Shown here: piece after piece, positions 1-8,771 of the stretch
Layout: each line of letters opens with the position of its first letter
How positions within the stretch are numbered: the first letter of the stretch is position 1
DNA from: Aliivibrio fischeri ES114
GTDB lineage: Bacteria; Pseudomonadota; Gammaproteobacteria; Enterobacterales; Vibrionaceae
Strand: one strand, 5' to 3'
Length of the DNA stretch: 32,000 nt
Assembly: GCF_000011805.1 (NCBI RefSeq)
Contig: NC_006840.2
Notes under the pieces: generated by a model
The model's database searches: none
The model's input: only the letters and a program-made list of their open reading frames with translations
What the model was told of the DNA's origin: nothing
Translations under genes and position numbers: made by a program

Positions 1-67
1 ACCTTACAGATACGGCTTTAATGCTATGATGCCCTACATCTAAACCTGTAATAGTGGGGTAGATCAT
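1..67 (-). CDS. pilM: Type IV pilus assembly protein PilM, N-terminal fragment running off the left edge
   Basis: Too short for the ORF track. A minus-strand ATG at 67..65 opens MIYPTITGLDVGHHSIKAVSVR with no stop before the window edge. The GLDxGxxSIKAV actin-like phosphate-binding motif is typical of PilM/HofM. A divergent mrcA/pilM (ponA/pilMNOPQ, mrcA/hofMNOPQ) arrangement is conserved in gamma-proteobacteria. Confidence 0.5.
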   Translation of the reverse strand, partial: MIYPTITGLDVGHHSIKAVSVR

Positions 68-201
68 CCTGATTTAACTCCAAGTAATAAATATCTCAAA
101 ATTAAGCGTTTATTTGCGTTATTTTTTGTTGTGTTATATTTATACTACTCAGTTATGGGTCAGAAACGATAATACAGATTAAAGTAAACGGGAAATATCA
201 G

Positions 202-2700
202 GTGAAGTTCATAAAGGCACTACTAATAGTTACATTGGTTTGCATAATTCTTGGGGTCACAACAATTTTTGGTTTCTACCAATATGTGAAGCCAGAATTA
301 CCAGATGTGGCAACATTAAAAGATGTTCAACTGCAAACACCAATGCAGGTATATAGCCGCGATGGTAAGTTAATCGCACAGTTTGGTGAAAAGCGCCGTA
401 TTCCATTAAAACTGGAAGAAATGCCGCCTCATCTACTTGAAGCCGTCATTGCCACAGAAGATAGCCGCTTTTATAGCCACTATGGTTTTGATCCTATCGG
501 TATCACTCGTGCCGCCTTTGCTGTATTAGCTTCTGGCTCTGCAAAGCAAGGGGCGAGTACCATTACCCAACAACTTGCGCGTAACTTCTTTTTATCTAAT
601 GAAAAGAAAATCATGCGTAAAATTAAAGAGATCTTCATTGCCGTTCACATTGAACAGCTATTAACAAAGCAAGAGATCTTAGAACTCTACTTAAATAAAA
701 TTTACTTAGGTTATCGTTCTTATGGTGTTGGTGCTGCTGCTCATGTTTACTTTGGTAAAGAAGTGAGTCAACTGACCTTAGGTGAAGTTGCTATTATTGC
801 AGGTTTACCAAAAGCCCCATCAACAATGAACCCAATTTATTCTGTTGATCGTGCAACAACACGTCGTAATGTTGTTCTTGCTCGTATGCTTGATGAAGGC
901 TACATAACAAAACAAGAATTTGATGATGCAAAGGCCGAGGTGGTTATCTCTAAATACCACGGTGCAGAAATCGAATTACAAGCACCCTATATTGCTGAAA
1001 TTGCTCGTGCTTGGATGGTAAACAAATACGGTGAAGAAGCGGCTTATACTTCGGGTATGAACATCTACACAACCGTAGATTCAAAAATGCAAGCGGCTGC
1101 TAATAAGGCATCAATTGATAACCTATTAGCTTATGACGAGCGTCATGGTTACCGTGGTGCGGTTAAAACCGTATGGGAACCAAAAGCGACACCTCTTGAT
1201 GAAGAAGCAATTACGAAGCACCTTAAAAACGAACCTTCATACGGTGAGTTAATGCCTGCTGTTGTTACTTCAATCAAAGGAAAAACAGCAACGGTTGATA
1301 TTAAAAATAATGGCGTCGCAACTATTCCTTGGGATGGTTTAAAGTGGGCTCGTCGCTTTAAAACAGACAAGCGTCAAGGACCTGCGCCACGTCGTGCTTC
1401 TGATATCTTAGCGGTTGGTGAACAAATTTATGTTCGTCCATTAAGCCAAGAAACCAAAGATGATGTAACAACAACCGTATGGAAGCTAAGCCAAGTACCT
1501 GCAGCGAACACAGCATTTGTTGCTATGGACCCAAGAGATGGTGCAATCACCTCTTTAGTTGGTGGTTTTAACTTTGTTCATAACAAGTTTAACCGTGCAA
1601 CTCAATCTGTTCGTCAGGTCGGTTCAAGTATCAAGCCATTCATTTATTCAGCGGCACTTTACCACGGTAAAACATTAGCTAGTTTAATCAACGATGCGCC
1701 AATTAATACATGGGATGAGAGTCAAGGTACAGCATGGAGACCTAAAAACTCACCACCAACTTATGTTGGCCCTGCTCGTTTACGCATTGGTTTAGCTCAA
1801 TCTAAAAACGTAATGGCGGTTCGTGTTTTACGTGATGTAGGTTTAGATGAAACTATCGATTACCTAACACGTTTTGGTTTTAAGAAAGATGAACTTCCAC
1901 GCTCTGAAACCATTGCTCTTGGAGCTGGTAGTTTAACACCAGTTCAAATGGCACAAGGCTTTGCTGTTTTTGCTAACAATGGTTACTACGTAGAACCTTA
2001 CTATATTGACCATATTACTGGCCCGTTCGGTGATGAAGTTTACAAAGCGACACCAAAAACCATTTGTCAGCGTGATTGTTCTCATCAAAATGATGAAGAT
2101 TCACCTTATGCGAAAAAAGTAATTTCTGCACAAAACGCATTCTTAACTAAACAAATGATGTACAGCAACATTTGGGGTGGTGGTAGTTGGCGTAAAGGTA
2201 CAGGTTGGAATGGTACAGGCTGGCGTGCACAAGTACTAAAACGTCGTGATATCGGTGGTAAAACAGGTACAACTAACGACTCTGTTGATGCTTGGTACAA
2301 TGGCTATGGCCCGAATGTAGTAGCAACAGCATGGGTTGGTTTTGATAACCCGTCGCACCGACTAGGTTACACCACGAAAAACGACAACATGACCAAAGAA
2401 GAAATGTCTTTTGGTGGTGAAGCTGGTGGTAAAACAGCTATTTACGCTTGGGTTAATTTCATGAAGGTCGCACTAGAAGGTGTTCCTGAAGAGAAGCTAC
2501 AACTTCCGGCAAACATCATTAAGGTGAAGATAGATCGCGAAACTGGTCTACTAACCAACAAAAATGATGAAACAAGTATGTGGGAATATTTTGCTGGTGG
2601 AACTCAACCAAAAGAATATGTAGAACAAGATTTCCAAGACACTATTTATTCATCACACGATGCAGATGGTGACGGAATGGAAGACGAAAGCCTGTTCTAA
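202..2700 (+). CDS. mrcA: Penicillin-binding protein 1A (bifunctional glycosyltransferase/transpeptidase)
   Basis: 832-aa ORF with a GTG start. It has an N-terminal TM anchor, GT51 motifs (EDSRFYSHYGFD, GASTITQQLARN, RKIKE) and transpeptidase motifs (SSIKP=SxxK, SKN, KTGTT). It is collinear with E. coli PBP1A from MKF onward. Confidence 0.97.
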   Translation: MKFIKALLIVTLVCIILGVTTIFGFYQYVKPELPDVATLKDVQLQTPMQVYSRDGKLIAQFGEKRRIPLKLEEMPPHLLEAVIATEDSRFYSHYGFDPIGITRAAFAVLASGSAKQGASTITQQLARNFFLSNEKKIMRKIKEIFIAVHIEQLLTKQEILELYLNKIYLGYRSYGVGAAAHVYFGKEVSQLTLGEVAIIAGLPKAPSTMNPIYSVDRATTRRNVVLARMLDEGYITKQEFDDAKAEVVISKYHGAEIELQAPYIAEIARAWMVNKYGEEAAYTSGMNIYTTVDSKMQAAANKASIDNLLAYDERHGYRGAVKTVWEPKATPLDEEAITKHLKNEPSYGELMPAVVTSIKGKTATVDIKNNGVATIPWDGLKWARRFKTDKRQGPAPRRASDILAVGEQIYVRPLSQETKDDVTTTVWKLSQVPAANTAFVAMDPRDGAITSLVGGFNFVHNKFNRATQSVRQVGSSIKPFIYSAALYHGKTLASLINDAPINTWDESQGTAWRPKNSPPTYVGPARLRIGLAQSKNVMAVRVLRDVGLDETIDYLTRFGFKKDELPRSETIALGAGSLTPVQMAQGFAVFANNGYYVEPYYIDHITGPFGDEVYKATPKTICQRDCSHQNDEDSPYAKKVISAQNAFLTKQMMYSNIWGGGSWRKGTGWNGTGWRAQVLKRRDIGGKTGTTNDSVDAWYNGYGPNVVATAWVGFDNPSHRLGYTTKNDNMTKEEMSFGGEAGGKTAIYAWVNFMKVALEGVPEEKLQLPANIIKVKIDRETGLLTNKNDETSMWEYFAGGTQPKEYVEQDFQDTIYSSHDADGDGMEDESLF

Positions 2701-2720
2701 TCCCTTAAAATCACTTTAAT

Positions 2721-2755
2721 AAAAAGGCACGCTACATATCTAGCGTGCCTTTTTT
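2721..2755. terminator. Bidirectional rho-independent terminator shared by convergent mrcA and oxyR
   Basis: Perfect 10-bp stem aggcacgcta (2725-2734) / tagcgtgcct (2741-2750) with a 6-nt loop. It is flanked by an A-run (2721-2725) and a T-run (2750-2755). Confidence 0.85.
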
Positions 2756-2766
2756 ATAAGCTTAAT

Positions 2767-3666
2767 TTAGCTACGAATAACATTAGACATTTTATTCTCA
2801 ATCTCTTTAGCCAGTGACTCATATCGCGCTCTTAGTGGTGAACCAGGGCGATAAGCTAAAACGATTTGACGATGAGGGACAGGATCTTGAGCAGGTAAAT
2901 AACACACACCATCACGCTCTTTTTCTTTTGGTACCGACAAGTATGGCATTAATGTAATCCCCCCGCCGGCAGCGACCATATTACGTAACGTTTCTAAACT
3001 AGTTGCTTTAAAATGATCATCATCTTTAGCCCCTGCAGCAAAACAAAAACCTAAGGCTTGATCTCGTAAGCAGTGACCATCTCCTAACATAAGAACCGAT
3101 TCACCACTCAAACGAGACATATCAATCGACACTTCTTTTGCCCATTTATGATCTTTAGGCACAGCAAGTACCATAGGCTCATCGTAAACAGGAACCTCGA
3201 TAAACATATTGGTCTCTTCCACAGAAGCCAAAATCATACAGTCAATTTTCCCCTCTTCTAGCATTTTCACTAATTGATGCGTCTGCGCTTCATGAAGGTA
3301 TAAATTTAAATCTGGGAACTGTGCTTTCAATGTTGGAACAATCCATGGCAACACATAAGGCCCAACGGTAGGTATAAACCCTAAATGCAACGGGCCTGTC
3401 ATTTCCTTACCTTGTTGATTGGCAAGTTCAGAAAAGCGTTTTACTTCAAGTAAGATCTTTTTCGCTTGCTCGACTAACTGTAACCCAGCCTCAGTGAACA
3501 AGACTTTGCGACTGGTTCTCTCTAATAAAGCCAAACCAACTTCATCTTCTAACTTCTTGATTTGTCCACTTAATGTCGGCTGACTAACAAAACAAGACTC
3601 TGCCGCTTTACGAAAGTGTTTATGCTCAGCAAGTGCGACCAAGTACTCAAAATCTCGGATATTCAT
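2767..3666 (-). CDS. oxyR: Hydrogen-peroxide-sensing LysR-family regulator OxyR
   Basis: 299 aa. It has a LysR HTH (FRKAAESCFVSQPTLSGQIKKLE) and the redox-switch cysteines in GDGHCLRDQALGFCF (equivalents of E. coli C199/C208). It is collinear with E. coli OxyR over nearly its full length. Confidence 0.96.
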   Translation of the reverse strand: MNIRDFEYLVALAEHKHFRKAAESCFVSQPTLSGQIKKLEDEVGLALLERTSRKVLFTEAGLQLVEQAKKILLEVKRFSELANQQGKEMTGPLHLGFIPTVGPYVLPWIVPTLKAQFPDLNLYLHEAQTHQLVKMLEEGKIDCMILASVEETNMFIEVPVYDEPMVLAVPKDHKWAKEVSIDMSRLSGESVLMLGDGHCLRDQALGFCFAAGAKDDDHFKATSLETLRNMVAAGGGITLMPYLSVPKEKERDGVCYLPAQDPVPHRQIVLAYRPGSPLRARYESLAKEIENKMSNVIRS

Positions 3667-3715
3667 GTATTAAACTCCCGTAAGCTTTATCACTTTATTA
3701 TCAATAAATTGATTG

Positions 3716-3752
3716 ATAGATTTTAACGATTGAAACGATAACACCAAACGAT
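3716..3752. promoter_or_regulatory. Candidate OxyR operator in the oxyR / prx-grx divergent promoter region
   Basis: ATAGattttaaCGATtgaaacgATAAcaccaaaCGAT places four tetranucleotides at offsets 0, 11, 22 and 33. This is the ATAG-N7-CTAT-N7-ATAG-N7-CTAT architecture, with 13 of 16 core positions matching. The site ends next to a possible -35 (ttagaa) / -10 (cataat, about 3776-3781) for the plus-strand peroxidase gene, and lies about 50 nt upstream of the oxyR start. Confidence 0.5.
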
Positions 3753-3846
3753 TAGAACTATCAAGTCAGCTTTTGCATAATAGCTACATCAAACGGGCAG
3801 GCCCCGAAAAAGAAATTCAAAATTATTTAAATTAAAGGACATCATT

Positions 3847-4575
3847 ATGTTTACATCTAAAGAAGGTCAATCAGTTCCTCAAGTAACTTTCCCTACTCGT
3901 CAAGGTGATGCTTGGGTTAACGTAACAACAGAAGAACTATTTAAAGACAAAACAGTTATCGTATTCAGTCTTCCTGGTGCTTTTACACCAACATGTTCTT
4001 CAAGCCACCTACCTCGCTACAACGAGTTACACTCTGTATTTAAAGAGAATGGCGTTGATGACATCCTATGTGTATCAGTAAACGATACTTTCGTAATGAA
4101 CGCATGGAAAGCAGACCAAGAAGCAGAAAACATCACTTTCATCCCTGATGGTAATGGTGAATTCACAGACGGCATGGGTATGCTAGTTGAGAAAAACGAC
4201 CTTGGTTTTGGTAAACGTTCATGGCGTTACAGCATGCTAGTTAAAAATGGCGTAGTTGAAAAAATGTTCATCGAAGAAGACGTACCAGGCGACCCGTTCA
4301 AAGTATCTGATGCAGACACTATGCTAAACTACCTTGCTCCTGAACATAAAGAACAAGAGTCAATTACAGTATTCACAAAACCAGGTTGTCCTTTCTGTAT
4401 GAAAGCGAAACAAAACCTAATCGACAAAGGCCTAAACTACGAAGAAGTGGTACTAGGTAAAGATGCAACCACAGTAAGTCTACGAGCTATCACTGGTCGC
4501 ACTACGGTTCCTCAAGTATTCATCGGCGGTAAACACATCGGTGGTAGCGAAGAACTAGAAGCTTTCCTAGCTTAA
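3847..4575 (+). CDS. Hybrid peroxiredoxin-glutaredoxin (Prx5-type thiol peroxidase fused to Grx)
   Basis: 242 aa. The N-terminal Prx5-like domain carries the peroxidatic Cys in PGAFTPTCS. The C-terminal glutaredoxin has a CPFC active site ([11 protein letters not shown]) and [14 protein letters not shown]. The architecture matches H. influenzae PGdx and the oxyR-divergent PrxA of V. cholerae. Confidence 0.93.
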   Translation: MFTSKEGQSVPQVTFPTRQGDAWVNVTTEELFKDKTVIVFSLPGAFTPTCSSSHLPRYNELHSVFKENGVDDILCVSVNDTFVMNAWKADQEAENITFIPDGNGEFTDGMGMLVEKNDLGFGKRSWRYSMLVKNGVVEKMFIEEDVPGDPFKVSDADTMLNYLAPEHKEQESITVFTKPGCPFCMKAKQNLIDKGLNYEEVVLGKDATTVSLRAITGRTTVPQVFIGGKHIGGSEELEAFLA

Positions 4576-4600
4576 TCGTTAACTTAACCGTTAATGAAAA

Positions 4601-4623
4601 GTAGCCCACAAACCGTGGGCTAC
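4601..4623 (+). terminator. Intercistronic stem-loop (possible partial terminator/attenuator) between the peroxidase and reductase genes
   Basis: Perfect 9-bp GC-rich stem gtagcccac / gtgggctac with a 5-nt loop. The downstream U-tract is poor (catttc), so read-through into the next gene is likely. Confidence 0.4.
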
Positions 4624-4669
4624 CATTTCAAACTCTTCTTCTAAAATAAATCTACGTGAGATATGAATT

Positions 4670-6136
4670 ATGAAACAAGTCAATGTTGATGTAGCTGTTA
4701 TCGGTGGTGGTACAGCAGGTCTAGGCTCTTACCGTGCAGCAAAAGCACATACTGACAGTGTTGTCATGATTGAAGGCGGCCCTTACGGTACCACTTGTGC
4801 TCGCGTTGGTTGTATGCCATCTAAGCTATTAATTGCTGCTGCAGAAAGCGTTCACCAAATTGAAAAAGCACCTAAATTTGGTATCCACCCTCAAGGTGAA
4901 ATCGTAATTAATGGTCGTGAAGTAATGGAACGCGTTAAGTTTGAGCGTGACCGTTTTGTTGGGTTTGTTTTAGAAGGCGTTGATGAAATTCCGGCTGAAG
5001 ATAAAATCTCTGGATACGCAAAATTTTTAGATGACAACACGCTTCAAGTTGATGATCACACAATCATTAATGCAAAACGTATTGTTATCGCTACTGGTTC
5101 TCGTCCTGCTTACCCAGCGGTTTGGAATGAACTGGGTGATCGTTTAATCATTAATGATGACGTATTTAACTGGGATGACCTACCAAAATCAGTTGCCGTA
5201 TTTGGCCCTGGTGTTATTGGTCTTGAACTTGGTCAAGCTCTTCACCGTTTAGGTGTTGAAACCAAACTGTTTGGTTTAGGTGGTCAAGTAGGTCCTGTTA
5301 CAGACCCAGAAGTAATGGCGTATGCAAACAAAGCGTTCAATGAAGAGTTTTATCTTGATGCAGACGTAAAAGTTGAAAGCATGAAGCGTATTACAACTGA
5401 ATCAGGTGAAGAGCGCGTTGAAATTCAATTCATCAACAAACAAGGTGAGCTAGAAACTAATATTGTTGAGTATGTATTAGCAGCAACAGGACGTCGTCCA
5501 AATACCGATAAACTGGGCTTAGAAAATACATCAATTGAATTAGATGAACGTGGTGTACCAACAGCAGATTTCTATACCCTACAAACATCACTACCAACGG
5601 TATTTATTGCTGGTGATGCAAGTAACCAATTGCCGTTATTACACGAAGCTGCAGACCAAGCTCGTATTGCTGGTGATAATGCAGGTCGCTTCCCTGAGAT
5701 CCGTGCAGGCCTTCGTCGCTCAAAAATCTCAGCGGTATTCTCTGACCCACAAATTGCAATGGTTGGTGAAACTTATAAAGAAATCACAACACGCTTAGGT
5801 ACTTGTGGTTGTTTCGCGACGGGTGAAGTGTCTTTTGAAAACCAAGGCCGCTCACGAGTAATGCTACGTAATAAAGGCATTCTTCATGTATACGGTGAGC
5901 AAGGTACAGGTCGCTTCCTTGGTGCTGAAATGATGGGACCAAATGCAGAACATTTAGCTCACTTGTTAGCTTGGGCACACCAAAACAAGATGACAGTGTC
6001 AGAAATGCTAGATATGCCTTTCTATCACCCAGTAATCGAAGAAGGGGTTCGTACTGCTCTTCGTGATTTAAATGCGAAATTACATTTAGGCCCTGAAATG
6101 ATCAAACACTGCATGGATTGTGGTCCGGGCTGTTAA
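4670..6136 (+). CDS. Class I pyridine nucleotide-disulfide oxidoreductase, dihydrolipoamide-dehydrogenase-like
   Basis: 488 aa. It has an FAD GxGxxG (VIGGGTAG), a redox-active CxxxxC (TTCARVGCMPSK), an NAD(P)H GxGxxG (VFGPGVIGLE) and an interface-domain His-Glu dyad (FYHPVIEE). It is not SthA-like, because the disulfide is retained. It carries an extra C-terminal tail, HCMDCGPGC. Confidence 0.88.
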   Translation: MKQVNVDVAVIGGGTAGLGSYRAAKAHTDSVVMIEGGPYGTTCARVGCMPSKLLIAAAESVHQIEKAPKFGIHPQGEIVINGREVMERVKFERDRFVGFVLEGVDEIPAEDKISGYAKFLDDNTLQVDDHTIINAKRIVIATGSRPAYPAVWNELGDRLIINDDVFNWDDLPKSVAVFGPGVIGLELGQALHRLGVETKLFGLGGQVGPVTDPEVMAYANKAFNEEFYLDADVKVESMKRITTESGEERVEIQFINKQGELETNIVEYVLAATGRRPNTDKLGLENTSIELDERGVPTADFYTLQTSLPTVFIAGDASNQLPLLHEAADQARIAGDNAGRFPEIRAGLRRSKISAVFSDPQIAMVGETYKEITTRLGTCGCFATGEVSFENQGRSRVMLRNKGILHVYGEQGTGRFLGAEMMGPNAEHLAHLLAWAHQNKMTVSEMLDMPFYHPVIEEGVRTALRDLNAKLHLGPEMIKHCMDCGPGC

Positions 6137-6162
6137 TCAGATTAAAAAGTCCAAAAATAAAA

Positions 6163-6190
6163 AGACCAATGTTTGCGCATTGGTCTTTTT
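6163..6190 (+). terminator. Rho-independent terminator after the reductase gene
   Basis: Stem agaccaatg (6163-6171) / cattggtct (6178-6186) with a 6-nt loop, followed by a T-run ending at 6190. Confidence 0.85.
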
Positions 6191-6237
6191 GCATTTAAAG
6201 TTCTCTCCACTCGCTTACCAATCAAAGAACTCAATAC

Positions 6238-6486
6238 ATGACATGTAAAACTTGTCGCTCAGACATTTTCAAACAAAAACTAGGTCGCTGTACGCGTTGT
6301 ATGAAACAACTGACATTTCTTTCTATTGGGGGATGGTTGACTTGGTTGGAGTTCTTTCAAATGACGCCATATAAAATAGAAGCTATCGCCACATTTATGG
6401 TGAGTTCAGCCTTTACTGGCTTACTTGTTTTACATCTTATCGCTATGGCTTATTACCGTTTGAATAATACCAATAACAACAAGTGA
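6238..6486 (+). CDS. Small hypothetical membrane protein with an N-terminal CxxC...CxxC zinc-ribbon-like motif
   Basis: 82-aa ORF. It starts MTCKTCRSDIFKQKLGRCTRCMKQ (two CxxC pairs), followed by two hydrophobic helices (LTFLSIGGWLTWLEFF, AIATFMVSSAFTGLLVLHLIAMAYY). It is bracketed by hairpin terminators on both sides. The Shine-Dalgarno is weak, so the coding call is moderate. Confidence 0.55.
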   Translation: MTCKTCRSDIFKQKLGRCTRCMKQLTFLSIGGWLTWLEFFQMTPYKIEAIATFMVSSAFTGLLVLHLIAMAYYRLNNTNNNK

Positions 6487-6490
6487 GCAG

Positions 6491-6530
6491 ATAAAATAAA
6501 GCCCCAATACCATATAAGTATTGGGGCCTC
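6491..6530. terminator. Hairpin terminator between the small ORF (+) and argH (-), probably bidirectional
   Basis: Perfect 10-bp stem gccccaatac (6501-6510) / gtattggggc (6518-6527) with a 7-nt loop. The minus-strand RNA would be followed by UUUAUUUUAU (6491-6500). The plus-strand U-tract is weak. Confidence 0.7.
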
Positions 6531-6653
6531 TTAGAATCTTTCTAAGAAAAAGCAGTATTAATAAGACTAATACTTAATTAAAAAGTTCACCACTTTTTCT
6601 TTTTTATTACGCTTATTTAGTTAACTCAATCGCATAAATATTTGCAATATAAA

Positions 6654-8528
6654 CTAAGCTACACTGCTTTTAATGATCACTTGCTCTTGTAGATTCACTT
6701 CTAGTGCAACCTCATCACACGCATGTTGACGTGGACATTGATCACAGTCTTTCAGCACCTTTTCTGGCAACAATGAACGAGAGGTAGGAATAAAGTCTTG
6801 TTTCATAAAGAACTCTGGAACACGAGTTAATACAAAAACTTTCTTAATCGCCATCTCACGTGCTTTTTCAACTAAATGCTGAACAATGGCTTTACCTTGA
6901 CCTTGACTCTGCCACCCAGCTTCAACACCTAATGAACGAATTTCTGCAAGTCCTGAGTCATACACATACAAAGAGGCACAGCCTGTCACTTCTCCATGAT
7001 GCTCTGCCACAGCAAATGAGCCAATATCACGTACTAATTCATTACGATTACGCGGTAAGTTTTCACCAAGCCCAGCCCAGTATGCAACCATACCTTCCAG
7101 TGCATCTAAATCAGTTAAACGAGCTGGACGAACCTTCACACCAGCATTATCACGCTCTTGTAGACGTTTACCTGCTTGCTCAACGGCATACGCAACTTGC
7201 TCAGGAGCAACGCCACCTAATGCACAACGTTTTGCAAGGCAAGATTCAATGGTGAGGATTTCATACACATCGTCTTCAATCACTTCAGAGAACGCTTTCA
7301 GTTCAGCAAGAGAAAGTTCTTCTAATGCACAGCCTTTTTCAATCGCACCGACAACGGCAACACCAACAATATGGTGAGCTTCACGGAACGGAATGCCTTT
7401 CGCTACCAAGTAATCAGCCAGTTCTGTTGAGTTTGCATACCCTTGTTTTGCTGCTTCAAGCGTACGTTCCCCATTAATCTTAATACCTTCAAAGCACAAC
7501 GCAGCCATTTCAATACAATCAGACCAGCTATCCAAGGCATCAAATAAGCCTTCTTTGTCTTCTTGCATGTCTTTGTTGTAAGCCAGTGGCAATGCTTTTA
7601 CTGTCATCATCATGCCAGCCATTGCACCATATACACGTCCACACTTACCACGGATCAACTCCAATGCATCTGGGTTTTTCTTCTGCGGCATAAGTGATGA
7701 GCCTGAAGTCACGGTATCAGCCAATTCGATAAAATTCGATTCACCTGAATTGTAAAAAATCATGTCTTCAGCAAGACGAGAAAGGTGCAACATTGAAATG
7801 GAAGCGATCGACATGAGTTCCATGACATGATCACGATCAGATACCGAATCTAAACTATTACGTGTTGCACGTTGGAATCCAAGGTTACGAGCCAGCTTTT
7901 CACGATCCATAGGATAAGCAGTGCCAGCAAGAGCTCCAGAGCCTAACGGACAAGTATCTAAACGATTAATTGCATCTTCAAGACGAGAATAATCACGCTC
8001 AATCATCTCAACATAAGCTAAACACCAATGAGCAAAAGTCACAGGCTGTGCACGTTGTAAGTGCGTATAACCCGGAAGTACTGTCGCTTGATGCTCACTT
8101 GCTACGTTTACTAATTGATTAAGAAGTTGATCAAGTGTACGCAGTAGTTGATGTCCTTGTTGACGACACCAAAGCTTTAAATCTGTTGCTACTTGATCAT
8201 TACGAGAACGGCCAGTATGGAGTTTTTTACCTAAGTCACCGACTTTACCAATCAATTGAGTTTCTACCCAACTGTGAATATCTTCAGCATCAGACAATAA
8301 GATCTGTTCAGGATCTTCCATTACTTCTAATTTTAATTCATTCAGTGCTAATTCAAGCTTTTGCTGCTCAAGTTCGGTAATTACACCTACTGAAAGCAAT
8401 GCTTTAGACCATGCAATCGAACCAACAATATCTTGTTCTGCAAGGCGGTAATCAATACGAAGTGAATCGTTAAACTGTTTGAATCTGGTGTCTGCTGCTT
8501 GACTAAAACGTCCGCCCCATAATGCCAT
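6654..8528 (-). CDS. argH: Bifunctional argininosuccinate lyase / N-acetylglutamate synthase-type GNAT fusion, ArgH(A)
   Basis: 624 aa. Residues 1 to about 460 are collinear with argininosuccinate lyase (fumarate-lyase signature [11 protein letters not shown]). Residues about 465-624 form a GNAT domain (acetyl-CoA loop [11 protein letters not shown]). This fusion has been described for Moritella/Vibrionaceae. Confidence 0.95.
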   Translation of the reverse strand: MALWGGRFSQAADTRFKQFNDSLRIDYRLAEQDIVGSIAWSKALLSVGVITELEQQKLELALNELKLEVMEDPEQILLSDAEDIHSWVETQLIGKVGDLGKKLHTGRSRNDQVATDLKLWCRQQGHQLLRTLDQLLNQLVNVASEHQATVLPGYTHLQRAQPVTFAHWCLAYVEMIERDYSRLEDAINRLDTCPLGSGALAGTAYPMDREKLARNLGFQRATRNSLDSVSDRDHVMELMSIASISMLHLSRLAEDMIFYNSGESNFIELADTVTSGSSLMPQKKNPDALELIRGKCGRVYGAMAGMMMTVKALPLAYNKDMQEDKEGLFDALDSWSDCIEMAALCFEGIKINGERTLEAAKQGYANSTELADYLVAKGIPFREAHHIVGVAVVGAIEKGCALEELSLAELKAFSEVIEDDVYEILTIESCLAKRCALGGVAPEQVAYAVEQAGKRLQERDNAGVKVRPARLTDLDALEGMVAYWAGLGENLPRNRNELVRDIGSFAVAEHHGEVTGCASLYVYDSGLAEIRSLGVEAGWQSQGQGKAIVQHLVEKAREMAIKKVFVLTRVPEFFMKQDFIPTSRSLLPEKVLKDCDQCPRQHACDEVALEVNLQEQVIIKSSVA

Positions 8529-8624
8529 GCTGTCTCTCCTAAATGCACAATGCTCACTGCTTTTGTTCTGATTAAACTCAGTATTTTTCTTGATGGTTTT
8601 AACTTACGGTAATTACAGATAAAA

Positions 8625-8663
8625 ATAAAGAAAAAATTCATTATTTTTACATATTTATTCAAA
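8625..8663. promoter_or_regulatory. Candidate paired ARG boxes (ArgR operator) upstream of argH
   Basis: Two 18-mers are separated by 3 bp. They are ATAAAGAAAAAATTCATT (8625-8642, right half perfect, left half poor) and TTTACATATTTATTCAAA (8646-8663, 2 core mismatches to wNTGAATwwwwATTCANw). The pair lies 100-135 nt upstream of the argH ATG. Confidence 0.35.
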
Positions 8664-8732
8664 TTAATCTCATTAAACTCGAATTACATTAATCAATATA
8701 ATTGGTTATTGGCTTGATATTCACCGTTACAT

Positions 8733-8771
8733 ACAAAAAATCGAAGCCCGTTTATATAAAACGAGCTTCGA
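8733..8771 (-). terminator. Strong rho-independent terminator after argG
   Basis: The minus-strand RNA reads UCGAAGCUCGUUU-UAUAU-AAACGGGCUUCGA. This is a 13-bp stem in which the single non-Watson-Crick pair is G.U only on the minus strand, followed by UUUUUUGUAU. Confidence 0.85.

Noticed and set aside
6860-7255. A 131-aa plus-strand ORF antisense to argH, together with the other 60-100-aa ORFs in the track that lie antisense or out of frame. These are 1149-1370, 2106-2300, 5544-5798, 5784-5978, 8135-8380, 8387-8662, 9272-9487, 9740-9970, 10945-11163, 11410-11646, 13684-13884, 13996-14205, 15303-15527, 20904-21095, 21605-21904, 21952-22137, 24505-24705, 25278-25466, 25490-25693, 25959-26180, 26177-26365, 27297-27512, 28997-29182, 29298-29537 and 30932-31159.
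   Set aside because: All of them are nested inside or overlap strongly supported genes in another frame or strand. They have odd compositions (His/Gln/Leu-rich or Arg/Ser-rich) and no translation signals. I treat them as shadow ORFs.
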